This document shows, piece after piece, positions 49,099-59,226 of a stretch of 64,000 nt of DNA. The stretch's first letter is position 1, and every line of letters begins with the position of its first letter. The stretch comes from a virus, in the IMG/VR virus record IMGVR_UViG_3300042892_004016, positions 51,895 to 115,894 of that record; one strand, given 5' to 3'. A program made the position numbers and the translations under genes. The notes beneath the pieces were generated by a model. The model was not told where the DNA came from and did not search any database. It saw only the letters and a program-made list of their open reading frames with translations.

Positions 49099-50988
49099 AT
49101 GACAATTATAAGAAAAATAAAACCGTTTAACCTAGATAACAATGCAAGTTTCACATTTGGAAACGTCACCGCCAATGGCAATGTTATAGCTAACGGTAAC
49201 ATTTCTACGACTAATGCAAATTTAGGCAACGCAGCCACTGCCAACTTCTTTATTGGTAACGGCAGTTTACTTACTGGACTGCCTGCCGGATACACAAACT
49301 CAAATGTAGCCAGCTACCTACCAACTTATACCGGTAATATCACATCAGGTAACGCTAGTTTAGGCAATGCAGTAACTGCCAACTTCTTTATTGGCTCTGG
49401 TAATAATTTAAGTAACCTACAAGCTGCAAACATAACTGGCACAGTGAGCAGTGCAACTACTGCAGGCACTGTCACAACAGCAGCACAGCCAAATATCACT
49501 AGTGTTGGTACATTAACCAGTATCACTGCATCAGGTGATGCCACAATCGGCGGCAACCTAACAGTAAACGGTACTACAACCACAATTAATGCAACTACTC
49601 TAAATGTAGCTGACTTAAATATCACACTGGCAAATGGTGCAACAACTGCGGCTGCAGCAAACGGTGCTGGACTAACAGTTAACGGTGCTTCAGCAACAAT
49701 GCTGTATATATCAGGCACTGATACTTGGGACTTCAACAAACCAATAGTTGGCAACTTAACTGGCCTTGCCTCAAGTGCCACTGTAGCAGCCAGTGCAAAC
49801 GCAGTAGCAGGTGCTAATGTATCAGGTGAGGTAACATCCGCAGCAACTGCCAATGCAGTAGCAGGTGCTAATGTCTCAGGCCAAGTAGCCAACGCACTAG
49901 TTGCAGGAACGGTTTATACAAACGCACAACCCAACATCACCAGTGTGGGCACTCTAACTTCATTGGTAGTGGGCAACGCCACATCAAATACTACATTCGG
50001 TAATGGTACAATAACCGCATTAGGTAACATTGCGTTTAGTGGAGCCAATATAAGTTTAGGTAGCGTAAGTAATTTGCACATTACCGGTGGCACTGCTAAT
50101 TATGTACTACAAACAGACGGTAGTGGTAATTTAAGTTGGGCCGCCACCGCCGGCGGTGGCGGTGCAGTATCCGGCAGCAACACACAAATTCAATTTAACG
50201 ATGGTGGCGTATTAGGAGCCAGTGCCAATTTATCATTCAACAAAACTTCTAACACACTGTCAACTGACAGACTGGTTGCAGTTAACGGCGCAAATTTAGG
50301 CAGTGTGAGCAATGTCTACATCTCAGGCGGCAGTGCCAATCAGATATTAAAAACAGATGGTGCAGGCAACCTCACTTGGATGGCTCAGCCAGCTGCCACT
50401 ATCACAGTGGATAATTTTACTGGCACAGGTAGTCAAACCACATTTACACTGAGTGTAATACCCACCAGCATAAATCAAACAGTAATCAACTACAACGGTG
50501 CATTCCAGTTACGCAGCGCTTATACACTATCTGGCGCCAATGTTATCTTTACTGAGGCGCCAGAATCTGGCTCTGCGGTTGAGGTAACTACTACTCTGGG
50601 ACTAATCAGTGGTGCAGGTGCATTTGTAACCAGAACCTACACTGGCAATGGCATTGCAAACACGTATGCAGTTACCAGTGGCTCTACTGTGTCCAGTGTG
50701 CTGGTCAGTGAAAATGGACTAGTACAAACACCCACCACAGACTACACTATCAGTGGCAGTACCCTGACATTTGTCAATGCGCCAGGTAGTGGAATACAAA
50801 TACAAGTTCGTGAATTGGCAATTGCGGTTGCAGAATTCTCAGGCAACTTGGGCGCGGTTGCAAACTTAACAATTACAGGCGGCGCCAACGGTCAAGTACT
50901 TACCAGCAACGGTGCCAGTGGAGTCAGTTGGCAGACAATCACTGTACCTACAGTGCCTGAATCGTTGAGCCCATTCTTATTCTTATAA
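49099..50988 (+). CDS. Fibre (stalk) protein
   Basis: 629 aa. KIKPFNLDNNASFTF start, two (F/Y)TGxG modules, C-terminal SLSPFLFL. Confidence 0.75.
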   Translation: MTIIRKIKPFNLDNNASFTFGNVTANGNVIANGNISTTNANLGNAATANFFIGNGSLLTGLPAGYTNSNVASYLPTYTGNITSGNASLGNAVTANFFIGSGNNLSNLQAANITGTVSSATTAGTVTTAAQPNITSVGTLTSITASGDATIGGNLTVNGTTTTINATTLNVADLNITLANGATTAAAANGAGLTVNGASATMLYISGTDTWDFNKPIVGNLTGLASSATVAASANAVAGANVSGEVTSAATANAVAGANVSGQVANALVAGTVYTNAQPNITSVGTLTSLVVGNATSNTTFGNGTITALGNIAFSGANISLGSVSNLHITGGTANYVLQTDGSGNLSWAATAGGGGAVSGSNTQIQFNDGGVLGASANLSFNKTSNTLSTDRLVAVNGANLGSVSNVYISGGSANQILKTDGAGNLTWMAQPAATITVDNFTGTGSQTTFTLSVIPTSINQTVINYNGAFQLRSAYTLSGANVIFTEAPESGSAVEVTTTLGLISGAGAFVTRTYTGNGIANTYAVTSGSTVSSVLVSENGLVQTPTTDYTISGSTLTFVNAPGSGIQIQVRELAIAVAEFSGNLGAVANLTITGGANGQVLTSNGASGVSWQTITVPTVPESLSPFLFL

Positions 50989-51000
50989 ATAGAGAAACAT

Positions 51001-51330
51001 ATGACAATCACATACAAAGTCTTAGGACAATTGAATCCCGCAGCAACAACAGCTACTACACTGTACACTGCTCCATCATTAACCAGTGCAGTGGTATCTT
51101 CACTCACTATATGCAATCAAGCCGCAGCGGTTGGTACCTTTAGAATAGCAGTTAGACCAGCTGGAGCCACTCTTAGTGCAGTACACTATGTTGCATACGA
51201 CACTGCTATACCTGCGCTAGACTCAATCACACTGAGCATAGGTATGACATTGGCCACTACTGATGTAGTTACTGTATACGCAAGTTCTGCCACCATGAGT
51301 TTTAGTCTGTTTGGTTCGGAAATCAGCTAA
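51001..51330 (+). CDS. 109-aa adaptor-like beta protein (YxxLGQ type)
   Basis: Paralog of ORF 58896; same length and shared LGQ, LYT, CNQ, GMxLAxTD and LFG motifs. Confidence 0.72.
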   Translation: MTITYKVLGQLNPAATTATTLYTAPSLTSAVVSSLTICNQAAAVGTFRIAVRPAGATLSAVHYVAYDTAIPALDSITLSIGMTLATTDVVTVYASSATMSFSLFGSEIS

Positions 51331-52202
51331 TGGCACTGAAATCGCTTACTGCACAAAATTTGTCATCGCAGCGATTTAACGTTGCGAGAGCTAATAACCC
51401 TCTATTGTTCCCTACAATTGACTATTTGATAGTCGCCGGCGCCGGCGGCGGTGGCGCGGGCCATGCAGGCGGCGGTGGCGCTGGTGGATTATTGCAAGGA
51501 AGTTTAGCTGTTAGTGGACAAACCTACAATTTAATAGTAGGTGGTGGTGGTAACGGTGGAGTATATGGTTCTACCACTTCAGTCAATGGATCACCCTCTA
51601 CTGGGTTTGGCTTAACTGCTATTGGTGGTGGATATGGTGGTGGGCAAAACCAACCAGGTACAGCTAACAGGAATGGCGGATCTGGGGGTTCAGGTGGAGG
51701 AGGTGCAAACACCACTGACGGTACAGGTACAGGTGGCACAGGCACTGTTGGTCAAGGTAATAACGGTGGATCTGGTTCCGGAGGGTCTAATTGGGCAGGT
51801 GGTGGTGGTGGTGGTGCCGGCGCGCAGGGAGCAAATAATCCAAGTACCTCACAAGGAGGTGCAGGTGGTATCGGAATCGCTTCCTCAATTACAGGATCGG
51901 CTGTGTACTATGCTGGCGGCGGTGGCGGCGGTGGCGGAGGCAGTGGCGGATCCGGCGGTAACGGTGGTGGTGGTGGTGGCACAGGCGAAAATTCCGGCCC
52001 AGGGTCTGCTGGAACGGTTAATACTGGTGGCGGAGGTGGCGGCGCCCGAAATAGTTCGGGCGGTAATGGCGGCTCTGGTATAGTTATTATTCGTTACCCA
52101 GATTCGTTTGGTGCAGCATCTACAACCGGCTCACCCACGATAACAGTAGCAGGCGGCTACAGAGTATACCAGTTTACCGCCTCAGGTAGTATAACATTTT
52201 AA
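51330..52202 (+). CDS. Glycine-rich tip protein
   Basis: 290 aa, TAATG-coupled. DYLIVAG..GGG polyglycine domain ending YQFTASGSITF. Confidence 0.75.
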   Translation: MALKSLTAQNLSSQRFNVARANNPLLFPTIDYLIVAGAGGGGAGHAGGGGAGGLLQGSLAVSGQTYNLIVGGGGNGGVYGSTTSVNGSPSTGFGLTAIGGGYGGGQNQPGTANRNGGSGGSGGGGANTTDGTGTGGTGTVGQGNNGGSGSGGSNWAGGGGGGAGAQGANNPSTSQGGAGGIGIASSITGSAVYYAGGGGGGGGGSGGSGGNGGGGGGTGENSGPGSAGTVNTGGGGGGARNSSGGNGGSGIVIIRYPDSFGAASTTGSPTITVAGGYRVYQFTASGSITF

Positions 52203-52218
52203 GATTTAGAGAAAATAC

Positions 52219-55200
52219 ATGACAACCAAAATTGTACTAGAAAATATTGCAGACACCTCACTGGCTACCTTAACTGGTCCAAAAGTGTCAAGTATTGTGT
52301 ATGTGGGTGATGACACTGCTGCTGCGGTAGAAGGTGGACAAAGCATAACATTACTGGGCAGTGGTTTCAGTGCAGGCGCCAGCGTACTGGTCAGTGGCAC
52401 AGCAGCAACAGTGGTCACAGTGGTAAGCAGCACACAGATTACGTTTACCAGTCCACCACAGACAGCAGGCACCTATGTGATTTATGTGATTAACTCAGAT
52501 GGTGGCACTGCCATTAGCATTCCTGGAATCAGTTACAGCGGAACGCCCAATTGGTCAACCAGCGCCGGCAGTTTAGCCACAGTGTATGAGACTGCCAGTA
52601 TCAGCAACACGGTCACCGCAACAGGTGATGCTCCAATAACCTATAGTTTAGCCAGTGGTACCTTACCCACAGGCTCTACATTGGACAGCAGCACTGGATT
52701 ACTCAGTGGCACTGCACCAGCAAGTGCTGGTAGTACCACATATACCTTTACAATTCAAGCCAGTGATTTACAAAATCAAACTACCAACAGAACATTCAGC
52801 GTTACTGTCGATGCCGATGCAGTAACTTGGAGCAGTCCAGCAGACAACACATCATACACGTTAGAGCAAGATAGTGCCATGGCCAATGTGGTGTTGAGCG
52901 CTGCCAGCGCAGCCGGCAAGTCAATTACATATACTGCAAACAGTTTGCCCACTGGCATCAGCATAAGTGGCAGCAACATAGCAGGTACCCCCACTGTCAC
53001 AGCCAATACTACCAGTATAATAACAGCCACGGCCGCAGTCACTAACAGAACTGCAACCAGAACACTAAACTGGGTGGTAAGTGTGGCTTCTGATCCTTAT
53101 TTTAAAAATACTGTTTTATTATTAAATGGTGAAACTACAACCCCAACATGGCTAGATGATGCTAGTACTAATAATATTCTAGTAACTAATAGAAGTGATT
53201 TTAGAACAAACGCTGGAATAATACCGACTGGACGTACTCCCTATAACAAGACGACATATCCCAATGCAGGTAGTGCATGGTTTGCCGGGGAAGGATATGA
53301 TACACTAACTTATACACAGCCTGCGATTAGTACTGTGTTTACTATGGAAATGTGGATATATCCTACAGCCGTTCAAAGCGACCGATGGATATACGGAGGC
53401 GCATCGTCTGGTCCGTTGTTTGTGATTAATGGCCAAATGGGATTGGCTTTTGGTCACCAAGGAGCATTTGCTTTTTATACTGCGGCAAATATTCTTACGG
53501 TGAATACCTGGGCCCACGTTGCAGTCGTGCGCACCGGAACCGGTGCTGGCGAATGTAAAATGTATTTAAACGGCACACTGGTAACTCCCGCTTCCGGCTC
53601 GTTTACAGATAGTACTACCTTTGGGTCACAGTCAGTCACAATAGGTGGCGCTATAAACGGTTACTCTCAACTGTATATTGGTCACATTGCCGATCTTCGT
53701 ATTGTTAATGGTACTGCAGTATACACTGGTAATTTTACAGCGCCCGCTGCACCACTAACAGCAGTTGCAGGTACAGTATTTCTATCATTACAGTACAAAC
53801 AAGGCACTACCAATTCAGGATTTGTAGATGATAGTACCAACGGGTTCCCTATTATTCGGTCTGGCAATTCTGCGCAAGGCTCGTTCAGCCCACATAGTCC
53901 AACCGGCTGGAGTAATTACTTTGACGGTACCGGAGATTATTTAACATTACCAAGCTCGGCCAACTTATCACCGGGGTCAGTTTTTACATTTGAAGCATGG
54001 ATCTTTTTGCCAATCGCGGCAGTGGCAGGTGCAACTATATACGGAGCAGGCGGCAGCGGACAAATGCAAATTGGATACGAAGGTACGGGAAATTGGGGAG
54101 TGGCAGCCCGAACAACGGCCTGGAGATTTACCTCTACTACGATCCCAATTGTAGGACAATGGAATCATATCGTCGTAAGTAGAGGCGGTACCGGAACTAA
54201 TCAAACAAGCTTATTCTTAAATGGAACCCGGGTTGCCAATGGAACAGTATCGGATGCGTTCAATACGACAACTTCGTATCAAGTTGGATATGATAACGGG
54301 GGAGGCGGCGCCTCATGGACCGGATACATATCAAGTTTACGTTTAGTACCAGGGGTCGATGTATATGGATATACGAATACAACCATTACTGTACCCACTG
54401 CACCGCTGACAGCAGTTGCCAGCACTGCGTTATTGACTTGCCAGAACAATAGATTCATTGACAACAGCACTAACAATTTCACACTCACTGCCTCGGGTGA
54501 CGTAAAAACACAGGCATTTAGTCCCTTCGCACCTACTGTTGAATACAGTGCTGCTACTCATGGTGGCAGCATGGGGTTTGATGGTACAGGGGATTATTTG
54601 GTTACTTCAGGGGCAGCATTGGATACTGGTGCAGGAACCTCAGATTTCACTATGGAGTGCTGGGTCTATAACAAAGGGTATTCTGGTAGTCAATACGGAC
54701 GAGGAATTTTCACATTCTACCCAGCTGCTGGATACGCAAATAGTAGATTTATGTTTCGGCTGAATAATGGTGGAGACCAAATAAACGTCTTTATGTATAT
54801 ATCTGGAACGTTACACATCAACACAACATCGACCGCATTAGCCACACCAAACGCGTGGACTCACCTTGCATTTGTACGACAATCTGGTACTTTTAAACTT
54901 TACATAAACGGAGTTCTGGATTTTTCTTCAACCGGTATATCTGCTAGTCTTAATACTTTTGATAAATTTGATATTGGTAGAAATCAAGACGGTAGTTTAC
55001 CAGATTTTAACGGAAATATTTCAGACTTCCGTTACGTTAAAGGTACTGCTGTGTATACCGCTAACTTTACTCCACCTACAGCACCGCTAACTGCAATTTC
55101 AGGAACTCAACTGTTGCTCAAAGGAACAAATGCAGGCATAATTGACTCTACTGGTAGAAACGATTTAGAAACGGTTGGCTATACTACCGCAGAGCCAGGA

Positions 55201-55773
55201 CGTAGACAACCAGAAATTAATACTCAAGTAAAAAAGTATGGAGACAGCAGTATATTTTTTGGTGGCACTGGGGATTATTTATCTACTCCAATTACTTTTT
55301 TAAATGGAGATTTTGGTACTGATAATTTTACTGTAGAATTTTGGATGAATGCTACTGGTGCAGGAACTTATGTTGCAGTTGTTGGAACACAAAGTATTGC
55401 TGGTACTACTGCCGGCATGTGGAGAATTAGTAATAGACTCAATTCAGCAAATGGTATTTATTTTAATTATACTACCGGCAGCGCTTTTGTCGATATTACA
55501 TTCAGCACAACAAATTACAACGACGGAACTTGGCATCACGTTGCTGCCTGCAGAGCCTCAGGAACATTAAGAATGTTTGTTGATGGGGTTTCAGTCGGAA
55601 CTCCCACAGCCGTATCACAAAACCTATCCTCCGGCCAAAAAACAGTTGTTGGTTATAATGCACAGGATACTCAATATTACACTGGTTACATAGACGAACT
55701 CAGAATAACTAAAGGTGTAGCAAGATATACAACAACATTTACGCCACCCGCTGCAGCGTTCATCACAAGGTAA
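52219..55773 (+). CDS. Tip protein: IPT + Ig-like + four LamG/ConA-like domains
   Basis: 1184 aa with four FTxExW...WxHxA repeats. N-half similar to ORF 40781. Confidence 0.78.
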   Translation: MTTKIVLENIADTSLATLTGPKVSSIVYVGDDTAAAVEGGQSITLLGSGFSAGASVLVSGTAATVVTVVSSTQITFTSPPQTAGTYVIYVINSDGGTAISIPGISYSGTPNWSTSAGSLATVYETASISNTVTATGDAPITYSLASGTLPTGSTLDSSTGLLSGTAPASAGSTTYTFTIQASDLQNQTTNRTFSVTVDADAVTWSSPADNTSYTLEQDSAMANVVLSAASAAGKSITYTANSLPTGISISGSNIAGTPTVTANTTSIITATAAVTNRTATRTLNWVVSVASDPYFKNTVLLLNGETTTPTWLDDASTNNILVTNRSDFRTNAGIIPTGRTPYNKTTYPNAGSAWFAGEGYDTLTYTQPAISTVFTMEMWIYPTAVQSDRWIYGGASSGPLFVINGQMGLAFGHQGAFAFYTAANILTVNTWAHVAVVRTGTGAGECKMYLNGTLVTPASGSFTDSTTFGSQSVTIGGAINGYSQLYIGHIADLRIVNGTAVYTGNFTAPAAPLTAVAGTVFLSLQYKQGTTNSGFVDDSTNGFPIIRSGNSAQGSFSPHSPTGWSNYFDGTGDYLTLPSSANLSPGSVFTFEAWIFLPIAAVAGATIYGAGGSGQMQIGYEGTGNWGVAARTTAWRFTSTTIPIVGQWNHIVVSRGGTGTNQTSLFLNGTRVANGTVSDAFNTTTSYQVGYDNGGGGASWTGYISSLRLVPGVDVYGYTNTTITVPTAPLTAVASTALLTCQNNRFIDNSTNNFTLTASGDVKTQAFSPFAPTVEYSAATHGGSMGFDGTGDYLVTSGAALDTGAGTSDFTMECWVYNKGYSGSQYGRGIFTFYPAAGYANSRFMFRLNNGGDQINVFMYISGTLHINTTSTALATPNAWTHLAFVRQSGTFKLYINGVLDFSSTGISASLNTFDKFDIGRNQDGSLPDFNGNISDFRYVKGTAVYTANFTPPTAPLTAISGTQLLLKGTNAGIIDSTGRNDLETVGYTTAEPGRRQPEINTQVKKYGDSSIFFGGTGDYLSTPITFLNGDFGTDNFTVEFWMNATGAGTYVAVVGTQSIAGTTAGMWRISNRLNSANGIYFNYTTGSAFVDITFSTTNYNDGTWHHVAACRASGTLRMFVDGVSVGTPTAVSQNLSSGQKTVVGYNAQDTQYYTGYIDELRITKGVARYTTTFTPPAAAFITR

Positions 55774-55785
55774 TAAATACATACT

Positions 55786-58092
55786 ATGGCACTCACTAAA
55801 TTACCCGGATATACACTAGATACTACTAAGAACTTTACATTCGCCAACGCCAATGTAACGGGTAATATCAACACTGGCAACGCCAACTTAGGCAACGCAG
55901 CCACAGCTAATTTCTTTATTGGCAACGGCAGCTTACTCACTGGATTAGCAGCTGGATACGCAAACAGCAACGTGGCCAGTTACTTGCCAACTTATGCTGG
56001 TAATATAACATTTACCAATGCAGCAGCTACAGGCAACATAATCCCCACTGCAAATGTCATGTACAGTCTGGGTAATGCAACCAACATGTGGAAAGATGTG
56101 TATGTTGGTCCTGGCTCACTGTATGTTAATAATGTAAAGGTACTGGAACAAGTTTCTACTACTATGATATTCTCAGCGGATATCAATCAAAACATCAGAA
56201 TAAACACCAGCGGTACAGGCGATATAGAACTATTACCCGCCGGCACTGGTAAGATTGCAGTTAAAGGCGCATTGCAGATACAGAGCAATGTCAATGTAAC
56301 CACCAACGACGGCAATGCAGTTAATTTCTCAGTGCCCATATTGGTAGACAGTATCACCAGCAAAACCGCAAACAGCGATCTTATATTAACCGCCGCCGGA
56401 ACTGGATCAGTTAAAGTATCTGATGACTTTGTAGTAACCGGCAACCTAACAGTTCAGGGCGTGGCCAGTATACTGAGTGTGACTTCACTGAGTGTTGAAG
56501 ATAATATAATTGATATCAGTGCAGAAACTACCGGTGCTCCCAGTAATAATGCAGGCATCAGAGTAGTACGTGGTGACGAGGCCGCAGTTCAGATCAGATG
56601 GAACGAAACCACTGATACTTGGCAGTTTACCAATGACGGCTCTGTTTATTCAAACTTGGGTGCTGGCTCATCCTATGCAAACAGCAACGTGGCCAGCTAC
56701 TTGCCAACCTATACTGGTAATTTAACGGCAGGCAACATAAGCACTAGTGGCGTGTTAACTGCAGGCGATACTACCGTAACAGGCAACTTGACAGTCAGTG
56801 GAACCACAGTCACTGCCAATGTCACTACCATTGTAGTTAAAGATCCAATTATAGAACAGGGCGGCAACACTGCCGGCGCACTAACTACCAATGACGGCAA
56901 AGACAGAGGTCAGTTATTGCATTACTATACCACTGTGCCAGTTGATGCATTCATGGGTTGGGATAACTCAAATGCAGAATTTGCATTTGCCAGCAACGCC
57001 TCTGTATCAGGAGAAGTCGCCACATTCAACAGCTTTGGCAATGTTCGTGCAAACTTCTTTATAGGCAACGGCAGTGCATTAACTGACATAGCTGGCGCCA
57101 ATGTAACTGGCGCAGTTGGATTAGCCACGTATGCAACAACTGCCAATAGTGTAGCAGGAGCCAATGTAAGTGGAACGGTTTCTTCAGCCACTTACGCAGC
57201 TACAGCAAACGCAGTAGCAGGTGCTAATGTAACAGGAGCTGTTAGTTTAGCCACATATGCAACAACAGCCAATAGTGTAGCAGGTGCCAATGTAAGTGGT
57301 CAAGTAGCCAATGCATTATTAGCTGGAACAGTATACACAAATGCACAGCCAAATATCACTTCAACAGGTACATTAACAAGTTTGGCAGTTACAGGCAACG
57401 TCACTACAGGCAACGCCAATTTAGGCAACGCAGCCACAGCCAGTTACTTTATAGGTGACGGCAGTTTACTGACAAATTTACCTGCAGGCTATGCCAACTC
57501 AAATGTAGCCAGTTACTTGCCAACCTACACTGGCAATTTAACTGCAGGTAATGCTAATATTACCAGTGCATTAACCACTGCCAATTTAACAGTTACTAAC
57601 AAGACCAATCTAGGCAGCAATGCCAATATAACAATTACTGGCGGCACCGCTGGATATGCACTGACAACTGATGGTACAGGAAATTTAAGTTGGAGTGCAG
57701 CCTCAGGCGGCGGTGGTGGTGGATTAACCTACACTGCGGCAACCACACCACCAGCAAGTGGCAATATAGCAGGCGACCAGTGGTTTAACACCACAGCCAA
57801 TGTATTGTACGAATATATAAATGACGGTACAAGCACCTACTGGGTAGACATGCAGACCCCCACAGTGGGTGCAGCAATTTCTACTACCTATGTTAATCGC
57901 AGCTATACTGGTGATGGCACCACAGCCACTTACACTGTGTCCACTGGATGCACTGTCAACAACATTTTAGTATTCTTAAATGGTATCTGTCGGATGCCAA
58001 CCACTGACTACACGGTAAGCGGCACAGTGCTAACACTGATTCCAGCGCCCACTGCAGGCACAGTTATTCAAGTGAGAGAATTACCAAGATAA
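55786..58092 (+). CDS. Fibre (stalk) protein
   Basis: 768 aa. MALTKLPGYTLDTTKNFTF start, three ANSNVASYLPTY repeats, GDQWFN module, C-terminal YTGDG..IQVRELPR module. Confidence 0.75.
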   Translation: MALTKLPGYTLDTTKNFTFANANVTGNINTGNANLGNAATANFFIGNGSLLTGLAAGYANSNVASYLPTYAGNITFTNAAATGNIIPTANVMYSLGNATNMWKDVYVGPGSLYVNNVKVLEQVSTTMIFSADINQNIRINTSGTGDIELLPAGTGKIAVKGALQIQSNVNVTTNDGNAVNFSVPILVDSITSKTANSDLILTAAGTGSVKVSDDFVVTGNLTVQGVASILSVTSLSVEDNIIDISAETTGAPSNNAGIRVVRGDEAAVQIRWNETTDTWQFTNDGSVYSNLGAGSSYANSNVASYLPTYTGNLTAGNISTSGVLTAGDTTVTGNLTVSGTTVTANVTTIVVKDPIIEQGGNTAGALTTNDGKDRGQLLHYYTTVPVDAFMGWDNSNAEFAFASNASVSGEVATFNSFGNVRANFFIGNGSALTDIAGANVTGAVGLATYATTANSVAGANVSGTVSSATYAATANAVAGANVTGAVSLATYATTANSVAGANVSGQVANALLAGTVYTNAQPNITSTGTLTSLAVTGNVTTGNANLGNAATASYFIGDGSLLTNLPAGYANSNVASYLPTYTGNLTAGNANITSALTTANLTVTNKTNLGSNANITITGGTAGYALTTDGTGNLSWSAASGGGGGGLTYTAATTPPASGNIAGDQWFNTTANVLYEYINDGTSTYWVDMQTPTVGAAISTTYVNRSYTGDGTTATYTVSTGCTVNNILVFLNGICRMPTTDYTVSGTVLTLIPAPTAGTVIQVRELPR

Positions 58093-58093
58093 T

Positions 58094-58243
58094 ATGGCTA
58101 CCACTGTATCATACACTGATATTAGCACTACCAGTTTTTCCAGTATAAAACCTAGAATCTCTAATATTGTAGTCACTACCGATTCATACGTGGCCAGTGG
58201 TGCTACCTTTACACCGCCAACAACCGAGGTATTAACCAAGTAA
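58094..58243 (+). pseudogene. 49-aa in-frame internal-deletion remnant of an IPT/LamG tip gene
   Basis: Hand translation MATTVSYTDISTTSFSSIKPRISNIVVTTDSYVASGATFTPPTTEVLTK. The start resembles the starts of ORFs 52219/59227 and the end resembles their TFTPP C-termini. Confidence 0.65.
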
Positions 58244-58282
58244 CTGAAATATTATCATAAATACACATTGAGAACATAAACT

Positions 58283-58882
58283 ATGGCATTTCCAACATCA
58301 CCTGCAGACGGGCAACTAGCACAGCAAAACGGTATATACTATATCTATGCCAGTGCCACCAGCAGCTGGACCAGACAACCGGCAGTGTCCAACTCAATTT
58401 TCAGCATTACCACTAACACGTTTACCGGTGACGGCGCCACTAACAGTTACTCGCTGAGTTCGATACCAACAAGCACTGACTTTGTTTCAGTAAACGTTAC
58501 CGGCATTCTACAACAAAAATCAGCATACACTGTCAATGGTGGCTTATTGACTTTTACTGAAATACCAGCCAATGGTGCAGCAATAGAAATCAGAACTCTG
58601 GTAGCCAGTGCAGTAAGTATACTGACTGGATTAGTGTACGATAATTTTACTGGTGATGGTTCTACGACAGTGTATGGATTGGCCACTAGCCCACTCAATA
58701 AGACCTACACAATGGTCACAGTGGGCGGCATTACACAACTAAAAACCAGCTACGATTTAGCTGGATCAATATTAACATTCACTACTGCACCTCCCAGCAC
58801 AAGTCCAATTGAAGTTGTAACATTTGGACCTGCACCAAGCGCATCTGACGCTGTACTTCACCCATTTTTTATGATGGGTTAA
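58283..58882 (+). CDS. Short branch/connector protein
   Basis: 199 aa. MAFPTSPADGQ start, two FTGDG modules, C-terminal LHPFFMMG. Confidence 0.72.
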   Translation: MAFPTSPADGQLAQQNGIYYIYASATSSWTRQPAVSNSIFSITTNTFTGDGATNSYSLSSIPTSTDFVSVNVTGILQQKSAYTVNGGLLTFTEIPANGAAIEIRTLVASAVSILTGLVYDNFTGDGSTTVYGLATSPLNKTYTMVTVGGITQLKTSYDLAGSILTFTTAPPSTSPIEVVTFGPAPSASDAVLHPFFMMG

Positions 58883-58895
58883 TAAAGGAATAAAC

Positions 58896-59225
58896 ATGGC
58901 ATTTTCATATCAAATATTAGGACAAACCAGTCCCACAGCAACCACTAACACTGACTTGTATACTGTGCCAGCAGCCAACTCTGCCATAGTAAGTACACTG
59001 GCAGTTTGCAATCAAAACAGCAGTGCAATCTCATACAGAGTGGCAGCTAGAAAGAATGGCGCAGCATTGAGCACGGATCATTATATTATATACAACGGCA
59101 CAATACCAGCCAATGACACAGTAACACTGACATTTGGCATGAGTTTGGCTGCAACTGATATTATCACTGTGTATGCAAACACAGCTAACGTCAGCTTTAC
59201 TTTATTTGGAACACAGGTATCATAA
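58896..59225 (+). CDS. 109-aa adaptor-like beta protein (YxxLGQ type)
   Basis: Paralog of ORF 51001; AAGGA SD. Confidence 0.72.
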   Translation: MAFSYQILGQTSPTATTNTDLYTVPAANSAIVSTLAVCNQNSSAISYRVAARKNGAALSTDHYIIYNGTIPANDTVTLTFGMSLAATDIITVYANTANVSFTLFGTQVS

Positions 59226-59226
59226 A

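Noticed and set aside
59173-59226. ORF-track start at 59173
   Set aside because: It overlaps the upstream adaptor gene. ATG 59227 matches the TAAAATG coupling seen at 47844/47846.
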